A stretch of 64,000 nt of DNA, from positions 154,424 through 218,423 of the forward strand of contig CAWIZW010000012.1 in assembly GCA_963840695.1 (NCBI GenBank). Direction: 5' to 3'. The position numbers were made by a program, and so were the translations under genes. Shown here in pieces: positions 49,961 to 58,613 of the stretch. The notes under the pieces were generated by a model. It was not told where the DNA came from. It was given only the letters and a program-made list of their open reading frames with translations, and searched no databases. The first letter of the stretch is position 1; the number at the start of each line of letters is the position of its first letter. The DNA is from an uncultured Acidimicrobiia bacterium. GTDB taxonomy: Bacteria > Actinomycetota > Acidimicrobiia > Acidimicrobiales > JACDCH01.

Positions 49961-50081
49961 GCGGGTCGAGGACGACCGTGCCGCGACCCTCGGAAACCGG
50001 CGGTCGATGCACACTCGTCGGCGCGGTCGAAGACGACCGTGCCGCGACCTTCGGAAACCGGCGGTCGATGCACAGTCGTCG
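49961..50081. repeat. Tandem 60/61-bp duplication between the ferredoxin and the ACAD-like gene
   Basis: Copy 1 is 49961-50020 and copy 2 is 50021-50081. They are near-identical, with core GACGACCGTGCCGCGACC(C/T)TCGGAAACCGGCGGTCGATGCACA. Confidence 0.75.
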
Positions 50082-50093
50082 CCGCTGACGGGC

Positions 50094-50295
50094 TCATGCG
50101 TCGTCGCGGTGGAGCGTGATCGACTTCGTGGGGCAGCCGTCGGCGGCGAGCTCGATCTGCTCGGGCGGGTCGCCGGCCGGGTCGACGACGATGGCGATCA
50201 GGTCGTCGTCGAGATCGAACGTGGCCGGCGCGCAGGTGGGCGCAGTTGCCCGATCCGATGCAGGTGTCCCGGTCGATCTCGATGCGCAGCCCCAC
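50094..50295 (-). pseudogene. Small single-cluster ferredoxin (3Fe-4S/4Fe-4S type), one frameshift
   Basis: GLRIEIDRDTCIGSGNCAHL, then (shifted) PATFDLDDDLIAIVVDPAGDPPEQIELAADGCPTKSITL. GTG 50295 lies 8 nt after a TACTGT hexamer on the minus strand. Confidence 0.65.
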
Positions 50296-50311
50296 GGGGC
50301 CCAACAGTAAC

Positions 50312-50327
50312 CTGACACGGGTGTCAG
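50312..50327. promoter_or_regulatory. Palindromic operator-like site 11 (CTGACAcgggTGTCAG)
   Basis: It lies in a divergent gap. On the plus strand, TAACCT (50308-13) is fused to the left arm and followed by 7 nt and GTG 50321. On the minus strand, TACTGT (50309-50304) is followed by 8 nt and GTG 50295. Confidence 0.65.
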
Positions 50328-51402
50328 TGATCGATGCCGACGCCCACGTCAACGAGGACCCGCTGGCGTGGACGAGCTCGCCGAGGCGCCACCCGGGTTG
50401 GCTCGGCGACCGGCGAAGTCGGCCGGCCGATGGGTCGCCGAGATCGACGGGAAGCTCTACCCCCGCCAGGACGGCCGGGCTGCGGCGTGCCGGTCGACGC
50501 CGTCGACCAACCCGCGCGCGTGCCGGCGCGCCGGCGACCGAGACCGGACTCGACACCCGGCTCGCCGACATGGACGCCGAGGGCATCGACGTGCAGGTGC
50601 TCTTCGGCGGGCTGGTGATCGGCGTCACCGGCTACGACGACGCCGGGTTCGCCCTCGACGTGTGCCGCGCCTACGACGACTGGCTCCTGACGAAGGTGTG
50701 CGGGCACGCCCCCGACCGGCTCAAGGGCGTCGCGGTCGTGCCCGCTGCAGGACGTCGGCCGGGCCATCGACGAGGCCGAGCGGGCGCGCGGCCTGGGCGC
50801 CGTCGCCGTGACGATCCCGCCGGTGCTGGGCGACCGCAACCTCGACGACCCGTCGCTGCTGCCGTTCTTCGAGGCGTGCGCCGCGCTCGACCTCGCCGTC
50901 GCCGTGCACTCGGCGCCGGGCATGAACCTCGCCGCTGCCCGGGGCCGGGCGGTTCGACAACTACGCGATGGTGCACGCGCTGTCGTTCCCGGTCGACCAG
51001 ATGGTGGCGCTCACCGCCCTCACCCTCGGCGGGCGTGCTCGACCGGTTCCCGGCGCTGCGGGTCGCGTTCCTCGAGTCGGGCGTCGGGTGGGTGCCGTAC
51101 TTCGTGCACCGCCTCCACGAGCACCACGAGAAGCTCCCCCACCTGCTCGGCGGCGACGTCGACCGACCCGCGGGCCATCCTCGAGCGGGGCCAGTGCTAC
51201 TTCTGCTTCGAGGCCGAGGAGCCGCTGCTCGCGACCTACGTCGAGCACCTCGGCGACGACGTCGCTCGTCTACGCCAGCGACTACCCCCACTGGGACTCG
51301 ACTTCCCCGGCACCGTCGCGGACGTCCGCCGCCAGGACCTGCCCGAGGCGACCCTCGACCGCGTGCTCGGCGACAACGCGCGCACGGCTGTACGACCTCT
51401 GA
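50321..51402 (+). pseudogene. Amidohydrolase (amidohydrolase_2 / ACMSD-like) family protein, heavily frameshifted
   Basis: Fragments are VIDADAHVNEDPLAW, MDAEGIDVQVLFGGLVIG, AVAVTIPPVLGDRNLDDPSLLPFFEACAALDLAVAVHS, FLESGVGWVPYFVHRL and YASDYPHWD. Confidence 0.7.
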
Positions 51403-51422
51403 GCGACCGTAGCAAACGCCGC

Positions 51423-51456
51423 GAACACCGTCGAACACCGTCGGGAGTGAACCGTC
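51423..51456 (+). promoter_or_regulatory. Direct repeats GAACACCGTC x2 plus a degenerate third copy (GAACCGTC) upstream of the GGDEF-EAL gene
   Basis: The copies are at 51423-51432, 51433-51442 and 51449-51456. They are followed by a comparatively AT-rich stretch (TATCGTTCACTCTACGTAGTTGGATGGCTACATAGC) ending 5 nt before ATG 51526. Confidence 0.3.
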
Positions 51457-51525
51457 GGACCCATGCGGACGGCCGAGGGGCGTCGGTATCGTTCACTCTA
51501 CGTAGTTGGATGGCTACATAGCGGG

Positions 51526-53898
51526 ATGTCCGGCGATCGGGAACGGCGGTCGAGGAGAGATGGCGAACGGCGGGCAAGCGGCGCAGGGTCCGCCGCGGCA
51601 TCCACATACCCCCCGTCGCCCTCATCGGGCTCGCCGCTCGCCGGCGCCCTCGGCGGGCTCCTCGGCGGGGCCGACCGCCGCGTCGCCGCCGCCATCGCCG
51701 CCTGCGCCTCGCTGCTGACCTCACCGCCGGCCGTCGCCGGCTCGGCCACACGCTCGCCGGCATCCGCACCCGATCCTCGATCCCTTCCTCGGTCTCGGCG
51801 TCGCGACGGTGGTCCTGCTCCTCGGAGCCGGCACCCGGGCCGTCGGGACGGCATCGGCCGAAGCCAACGACGTCCTCACGATCGCCGCTCGCCCTCGCCT
51901 GGTCCAGCGCGGGCATCCTCGGCCTGCTCCGCGAGCGCCTCAGCACCCACGCCCTGGAGCTCGCCCGCGAGGCCGTGTTCGCCGGCGCCGTCGTCGGCAC
52001 CGTCGTCTGGGTCGCGCTCGTCGAGAAGGCGTGGCTCCTGCACCGGTTCACCACCCTCGACGGCATCCTCTCCGTGGTGGCCCTCGGCATCGCGACGGCG
52101 GCGGCCGTGCTCGCGCTGCGGCTCGTGACGACCGTTCCCGGGCCGGTGCGGTGGTTCGCCGCCGCCCCGCTCGTCCTCGTCGTCACCGCCGTCCTCGCCT
52201 GTCGTCGCGCCACGCGGCGGCGCCGGCCGGGCTCGAGCAGGCGGGGCTGGCCGTGGCGTCGCCGCCTGTGCCCTCACCGGCGCCGCCGTCGCCCACGGGG
52301 GCCTCGCGCCGCTGCGCACCGCCGTCGCCGTGCCGCCGCCGCGCATCGGCGTGCCTGCGCCTCGCCATCGGTCCTCGGGACCGTGCTCCTCGTGCCGGCC
52401 GTCACCGTCGGCCGGCTCGTGACCGGCGACGACGATGTCGGTGCCGTCGCTCGTCGGCACCACGGCCGTCCTCTCGCGTCGCCGCCGTCGCCTACCTCGG
52501 CGGCCTCGCCCGCGACTGGGGCCAGCTCGAGCGGCGGGCCCAGCACGACGAGCTCACCGGTCTGCCCAACCGCCGCTACTTCACCGAGCGGCTCGCCGTC
52601 GCCGTCGCCGACGGCGCGACGCCGACGGCACGCGCCCGGCCGTGCTCTTCTGCGACCTCGACCGGTTCAAGGTCGTGAACGACAGCCTCGGCCACGCCGC
52701 CGGCAACCAGCTGCTCGTCGCCGTCGCCCGGCGGCTCGCCGACGCCGTCGCCCGAGACGCCCTCGCCGCCCGGCTCGTCCGGCGACGAGTTCGCCGTGCT
52801 GCTCCCCGATGCCGACGAGGAACACGGCCGTGCACGGTCGCCGCGCGACGTCATCGCCCAGCTCGGCGAGCCCGTCGAGGTGTCCGGCAGCGAGCATGCA
52901 CGTCGAGCGCCAGCATCGGCGTCGCCCGCTACCCGGTCGACGGCACCGATCCCGACGCCCTCCTGCGCGCCGCCGACACCGCGATGTACCGGCGCCAAGG
53001 AGCTCGGCCGGGGCCGGGTCGTGGTGCACAGCCGACGCCTCCGCGACGCGATCGAGGGCCGCTTCGCCCTCGAGACCGACCTGCACAACGCGGTCGAGGA
53101 GTCGCCAGCTCCGGCCTCGTGTACCAGCCGCGGGTCGACCTGGCGAACGGGGCCATCGTCGGCGCCGAGGCGCTGCTGCGGTGGCACCACCCCCGGTTCG
53201 GCAACGGTGCCCCCGTCCCGCTTCATCCCCATCGCCGAGGAGACCGGCCTGATCCGCCGCGTCGGCCGCTCGCCCTGCGGGAGGCGTGCGCGCCAGCTGG
53301 CCGCGTGGGAGCGGTGCCGGCTACCCGAAGCTCGTCGTGTCGGTGAACCTGTCGGCCCGGCAGTTCGAGCTCGGAGTCGGGCCGACACCGTCGCCAGCGT
53401 GCTGCGGGAGACCGGGCGCCGACCCCACCTGGCTCGAGCTCGAGCTCACCGAGAGCCTCGCCCAGCACGACGTCGACGCAGTGTGCGCCGGACGATCGCG
53501 GAGCTCGCCGACATGGGCGTGCGCTGCTCGATCGACGACTTCGGCACCGGCTACTCGGGCCTGTCCTACCTCGGGCGGTTCCCGCTCTACGCCCTCAAGA
53601 TCGACAAGGGGTTCGTGCAGGCGATCGACGCCCGGTCGCGTCCCGCGGCGGCGCGACCCGTCGGCGGTCGTCGCCGCCGTCATCGCGCTCGGCCGCTCCT
53701 TCGGCCTGCGGGTCATCGGCGAGGGCGTCGAGACGCTGGAGCAGCTCGGCGTTCCTCGTCGACAACGGCTGCGACGAGATCCAGGGCTACCTGTTCAGCC
53801 CGCCGGTCGACGTCGAGGCGTTCGAGTCGCTCCTGATGCTCGAGCGGGTGGCCATCCGGGCCCGGTCGCCTGGAGGTGCTGCTGACCGCGATCGGTGA
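51526..53898 (+). pseudogene. Membrane-anchored GGDEF-EAL (diguanylate cyclase / phosphodiesterase) protein, heavily frameshifted
   Basis: It has an N-terminal TM block (VVWVALVEKAWLLHRFTTLDGILSVVALGIATAAAVLAL). GGDEF segments are HDELTGLPNRRYF, LFCDLDRFKVVNDSLGH and GDEFAVLL. EAL segments are YQPRVDL, GAEALLRW, ELTES, DDFGTGYSGLSYL, KIDKGFV and EGVETLEQ. Confidence 0.7.
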
Positions 53899-53999
53899 CG
53901 GCAGGGACGGCCAGGCTCGTCCACCGGCGACGATCATCGACCTCGCAGGGCGGCGGCTACGGCTCCTGGGCTGATCGCCGGTCGCGGTGGCGCGCGACC

Positions 54000-55369
54000 T
54001 CAGCGTTCGACCGCCGCCGCGGTCAGACCGAGGAAGCGGGCGTAGCGCTCGTCGCACGGACCGGCCCAGTCCCGGCTGGGCTCGACGGTGCGGGCCGTGC
54101 GGGCCCAGCGACGGGCGTCGGTCATGTTCGCCTCGAGCCCCGCGGTGCAGCGGGCCACGAAGGCCGCCCCCAGCGCCGCGCCCTCGGGGACGGCGACGAC
54201 GTCGACCGGGAGCCCGGTCGCGTCGGCGAGGGCCTGCACCCACGCCTCGACGCGGCTGCCGCCGCCGGTGGCCACGATGCGGCGCGGCGCCAGCCCGCCG
54301 CCGCGCCGAGGTCGAGGTGGTGGCGCACGACGAAGCCGGCGGCTTCGTACGCGGCTCGACGCAGGTGCGCCGGGCCGTGGGACAGCCCGAGGCCGTGCAG
54401 CGACGCCCGCAGGTCGGTCCGGTGCAGCGGCGTCCGCTCGCCGCGCACGTACGGGCAGCCACACCGGGACGTCACCGGGATCGACGGCGGCGTCGTCGCC
54501 GCCGTCGCCGACCAGGCGCCGCGCCCAGTCGAGGAACAGCCCGCCGGCGTTCGACGGGCCGCCGACCAGGCGCCTGCCCCGGCGCCGTGTGCGGGATCGG
54601 TCCAGAGCCCGGGCACCTCGTGCCACTCGTCGACGACCCCCCAGGTGATCAACGTCGTCCCGCAGATCACCAGCACGTCGCCGGTCGGCGTCGGCGCCGG
54701 CGACCAGCTGCTCGGCGAGGGCGTCGATCGTCCCGCCGGCGACGAGCGCCCCCTCCGCCGGCAGCCCGGCCCGGACCTCGCCCGCCGCCGACGTCCCGCT
54801 GACGACCTCGGGGAGCTGGTCGGGCCGCGCGCCGGCCCCGGCGGCCAGCACCGGCGTCCCACCCCACGAAGTCGAACAGCGGATGGGCGGTCACGGCGGT
54901 CGTCGAGTCGATCGCCCCTCGCCCGCGTGAGGGCGTGGTTGGCGACCGCCTGGGCCGGCCAGAAGCCCGCCGCCTCCGGGCACGCCTCGAGCCAGCCACG
55001 CCAGGAACGCGAGCAGCTCGCCGCTGTCGCCGGGCTGGGTCGTGTCGCGATCCTCCGGCCGCGCCCCGCGGACGTCGCCGTAGAGCAGGCCGGGCCCGAC
55101 GGCCCGACCGTGGGCGTCGACGGCGCCGAGGCACGGCACCATCGCGGCGACGGCCACCGCGTCGACCCGGTGGCGCAGCGGCGCGGCCACCTGACGCAGC
55201 GCCTCGCAGGACCCCGCCTCGCCACGCGTGGTCGATGTCGTGCTCGAAGGCGCCGGGGAACGGGCAGCCCGAGGGCGTGCGGGATCCGGGCCCGCGCCAG
55301 CACGACGCCGTCGTCGTCGGTGGCGACCGCCTTCACCGACGTCGTGCCGATGTCGAGGCCGACCGTCAC
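54000..55369 (-). pseudogene. FGGY-family carbohydrate kinase (xylulokinase-like), heavily frameshifted
   Basis: Fragments are VTVGLDIGTTSVKAVATDDDG, LVICGTTLITWGV, GGPSNAGGLFLDW, PYVRGERTP and IVATGGGSRVEAWVQALADATGLPV. Confidence 0.7.
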
Positions 55370-55377
55370 CCCCGAAC

Positions 55378-55393
55378 CTGACACGAGCGTCAG
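55378..55393. promoter_or_regulatory. Palindromic operator-like site 12 (CTGACAcgagCGTCAG)
   Basis: It lies in a divergent gap. On the plus strand, TACTGT (55396-55401) is followed by 7 nt and ATG 55409. On the minus strand, the TACCCT hexamer (55398-55393) overlaps it, and GTG 55369 lies 8 nt beyond the site. Confidence 0.65.
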
Positions 55394-55408
55394 GGTACTG
55401 TCGCCGCC

Positions 55409-56721
55409 ATGCCGCCGACCTACGACCCGCACTTCCTCGGACCCGAGCCGCGCGACCCGGCGCAGCCCTACTGGGACCCCGAGATGCAGACGATGCCGCG
55501 GGAGGAGCTCGAGGCGCTGCAGCTCGACCGGCTGCGCACCCTCGTCGCCCGGCTCGTCGACCGGGCGAGGCGCCGCTGTTCGGGCGCAAGCTCGCCGACG
55601 CGGGCATCGACGCACCGGAGGCGATCGGGTCGCTCGACGACATCGCCGCCATCCCGCTCACGCGCAAGCAGGAGCTGCGCGACAGCGAGGCCGAGCACGC
55701 CGCCGTTCGGCGACTACCGGTTCACCGACTGGCGAGCGTGCGTTCGCCTCGGCACGTCGACGGGCACGACGGGCACGCCGACGGTCGCCCTCTGGACCCG
55801 CAACGACATCTGGCTCGAGTACGAGTCGGCGGCCCGCAACTGGTGGCGCACGGGTTGGCGCCCGGGCCAGATCGTCACCCACGCCCACCCCGCCTACCTC
55901 TACGGCGGCGGCGCCATGCTGTCGGGCTCGCTCGAGTACTTCGGCATGCTCAACATCTGGGTGGCGCCGCCCGACACCGACGAGATCGCCGAGCAGGGCA
56001 TCCGCATGTGGCAGCGCGTCCGGCCCGACGTCTCCTTCGTCGCCTTCAACCTCAACCGCTTCGTCGAGGTGGCCGCCAAGCTCGGCCTCGACGACATCGG
56101 CCTGCCCGCCTTCCAGTTCCACGGCGTCGGCAAGAAGGGCTTCCCGTTCATGACCTGTGGCGCCGAGGCCTACGCCTACGCCGGCGGGCCCGGGACCGCA
56201 GTGCACCGGCGGCCACATCCACGAGGACTGGGCCATCGTCCAGGCCGTCGACCCCGACACCGGGCTCGAGGTTCCCGAGGGCCAGTGGGGCAACCTCGTC
56301 GTCACCACGCTCGACCGCGACAACGGCCTGCTGCGCTACGACCTGGAGGAGGCGGTGTGCGAGTTCCGCGAGCCGTGCCCGTGCGGCGAGACGACGAAGC
56401 GCATGTTCTGGGGCGGCCGCTTCAAGGACTTCCTCACCGTCCAGGGCCGCTGGTTCAACGTCAACGAGGTCGAGCAGGCGCTCCGGTCGGTCGCGGCCGT
56501 CGCCGCAGCCGACGCTCGAGTACGTCGTCGTGAAGCCGACCGACGCCGACGCGCCGCTGCGCGTCCGCGTCGAGCTCGCCGACGGCGACCCGGCCGTCGT
56601 CGGCGACGAGTGCGCCGCCGTCGTCGAGAACGAGGTCGGCGTCAAGGCCGACGTCGAGGTGCTCGAGCGCGACACGCTCGCCCGCAGCGGCTACAAGGCC
56701 ACCCGCCTCGTCGAGGCCTAG
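55409..56721 (+). pseudogene. Phenylacetate-CoA ligase (PaaK) / coenzyme F390 synthetase-like family protein, frameshifted
   Basis: Fragments are YWDPEMQTMPREELEALQLDRLRTLV, LDDIAAIPLTRKQELR, GTSTGTTGTPT, GGHIHEDWAIVQAVDP and CPCGETTKRM. Confidence 0.7.
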
Positions 56722-56730
56722 ACGGCCGCC

Positions 56731-57615
56731 ATGGGAGCGCTGGACGGCAAGGTGGCCGTCGTCACCGGGGCCGGCCGCGGCATCGGTCGCGGCGAGGCGC
56801 TGGCGCTGGCGGCCGAGGGCGCGGCGGTCGTCGTGAACGACGTCGACCACGACCTCGCCACCGCGGTCGTCGCCGAGATCACCGGGCCGGGCGGCGCGGC
56901 CGTCGCCGACGCGCGCGACGTGGCCGACTGGAGCGGCGCCGCCGCGCTGGTCGACGCCGCCCTGGCGTCGTTCGGACGCCTCGACGTGCTCGTCAACAAC
57001 GCCGGCTTCCTGCGCGACCGGATGAGCTTCTCGATGGACGAGGCCGAGTGGGACGACGTCGTGCGTGTCCACCTCAAGGGCCACTTCGCACCGAGCCGCG
57101 CCGCCGCCGCGCACTGGCGCGAGCGAGCCAAGGCCGGCGACGCGGCCGGCCGGGCCATCGTCAACACGGTGTCGGAGGCCGGCCTCTACGGCGGCACGGG
57201 CCAGGCCAACTACGTGGCCGCCAAGGCCGGGCATCGCCGGCATGACGATCGGCCTGGCGCGGGAGCTCTCGCGCTACGACATCCGGGTCAACGCCATCGC
57301 CCCGCGGGCCCGCACGCGCATGACCGAGGACGTCCTCGGCGACTTCGCCGCGCCACCGCCCGACGGCGGCTTCGACGAGTGGGACCCCGACAACATCGGT
57401 CCGGTCGTGGCCTGGCTCGCGAGCGACGCCGCCGCCGGCGTCACCGGGCAGGTGTTCGTCGTCTTCGGCGGGCGCATCCACCTGTTCGAGGGCTGGACGA
57501 TGGTGTCGGAGATCGAGCAGGGCGAGCGCTGGACGGTCGACGCCGTCGCCGCCCGGGCCGACGAGCTGTTCGGCGAGCGCCGCCGCGGCACCCCCCGATG
57601 GGCTTCGGCCGCTGA
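56731..57615 (+). pseudogene. SDR family oxidoreductase (long, about 290 aa type), two frameshifts
   Basis: Fragments are VAVVTGAGRGIGRGEALALA, LVNNAGF, YVAAKAG then IAGMTIGLARELSRYDIRVNAIAP, and the tail GTPPMGFGR. Confidence 0.8.
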
Positions 57616-57623
57616 CCAACCCC

Positions 57624-57672
57624 GAATTGGCGGTGGCTACCGGCGTATGGAGCGGACAACCACCGCCAATTC
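57624..57672. repeat. REP-like hairpin element, copy B
   Basis: The arms are GAATTGGCGGTGG and CCACCGCCAATTC (13-bp perfect stem), and the right arm ACAACCACCGCCAATTC is shared with copy A. It lies between convergent gene ends (57615 + and 57685 -). Confidence 0.6.
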
Positions 57673-57684
57673 GATTCTCCCGGG

Positions 57685-58593
57685 TCACCAGTCGATGGCG
57701 CTGAGGAAGGTCGAGATGAGGTTGACCGTCGAGCGGGGGTTGTCGCCGGCGGCGAGGTGGCCGGCCTTCTCGACGGTGGCGAGCCGGGCGTCGGTCATCA
57801 GGTCGACGAGCTCGGTGGCGGTGTCGCCCGAGAGCACGTCGGAGGCGCCGCCGCGCAACACGAGGGTCGGGCACCGGATGGCCCGGGCGTCGTCCTCGAC
57901 CCCGGCCATCACGCCGGCGACCTCGGGCACCTCCCCCCCGGCCTCCCCGACGCGACGGTTCCAGCTCCGGCCCATCCCGTGCTTCCAGATCCACCGGCCG
58001 TCGGCCCGCTGGCGGAGGTTGCGCGTCAGCGACTCGGGCCGGAACGACTTGCGGTAGGGCAGGTACTCGCCGATGAAGGCGGCGGCGTCGTCGAGGCTGG
58101 CGAAGCTCTCGTGGGCGCGCATGAACTCGATGATCTTCATGACGCCTTCGGGCTCGACCTTGTGGCCGATGTCGATCAGCACGAGCCCGGCCATGCGATC
58201 GGGATGGGCGGCCCCGAGGGCGAGCGACACCAGCCCGCCCAGCGACGCCCCCACGAAGACGGCCCGGTCGACGCCGAACTCGTCGAGGAACGGGACGGTC
58301 GCGGCGGCCAGCACCGTCCGGTCCCACATCCCCGGCGGCAGCGGATCCGAGTCGCCGTGGTTGGGCAGGTCCGGCGCCAGCAGGTGGTAGCGCCCGCGCA
58401 GGGAGGCGCCCAGCTCCTCGAACATGTAGGCCGTCTGGCCGCCGCCGTGGAGGCACAGGACGGCGGGCGCCGTCGAGCGACCCCACTCGAGGTAGTGCAC
58501 CTGCCGGTCGCCCTCGACGACGACGAAGCCGCTGCGCCCGTCGATCGGGCAGTCGTGGCGGGGAACGACGTCGTCGGGATCGATAGCTGACAC
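57685..58593 (-). CDS. Alpha/beta hydrolase fold protein
   Basis: The ORF is an intact 302 aa. Segments are LCLHGGGQTAYMF, the nucleophile elbow VGASLGG, and AGHLAAGDNP. The only start candidate, GTG 58593, lies inside operator site 13. Confidence 0.8.
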   Translation of the reverse strand: MSAIDPDDVVPRHDCPIDGRSGFVVVEGDRQVHYLEWGRSTAPAVLCLHGGGQTAYMFEELGASLRGRYHLLAPDLPNHGDSDPLPPGMWDRTVLAAATVPFLDEFGVDRAVFVGASLGGLVSLALGAAHPDRMAGLVLIDIGHKVEPEGVMKIIEFMRAHESFASLDDAAAFIGEYLPYRKSFRPESLTRNLRQRADGRWIWKHGMGRSWNRRVGEAGGEVPEVAGVMAGVEDDARAIRCPTLVLRGGASDVLSGDTATELVDLMTDARLATVEKAGHLAAGDNPRSTVNLISTFLSAIDW

Positions 58594-58602
58594 GCGTGTC
58601 AG
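58587..58602. promoter_or_regulatory. Palindromic operator-like site 13 (CTGACAcgcgTGTCAG)
   Basis: It lies in the divergent gap between the alpha/beta hydrolase (-) and the acyl-CoA synthetase (+, ATG 58614). The left flank is TAG, as at site 4a. Confidence 0.65.
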
Positions 58603-58613
58603 TATCCCTCCGC

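Noticed and set aside
16144-57672. A mobile genetic element or genomic island bounded by the two REP-like hairpins.
   Set aside because: There is no transposase, integrase, recombinase, tRNA attachment site or flanking direct repeats, and the GC content looks uniform by eye. The hairpins sit at ordinary convergent gene ends.
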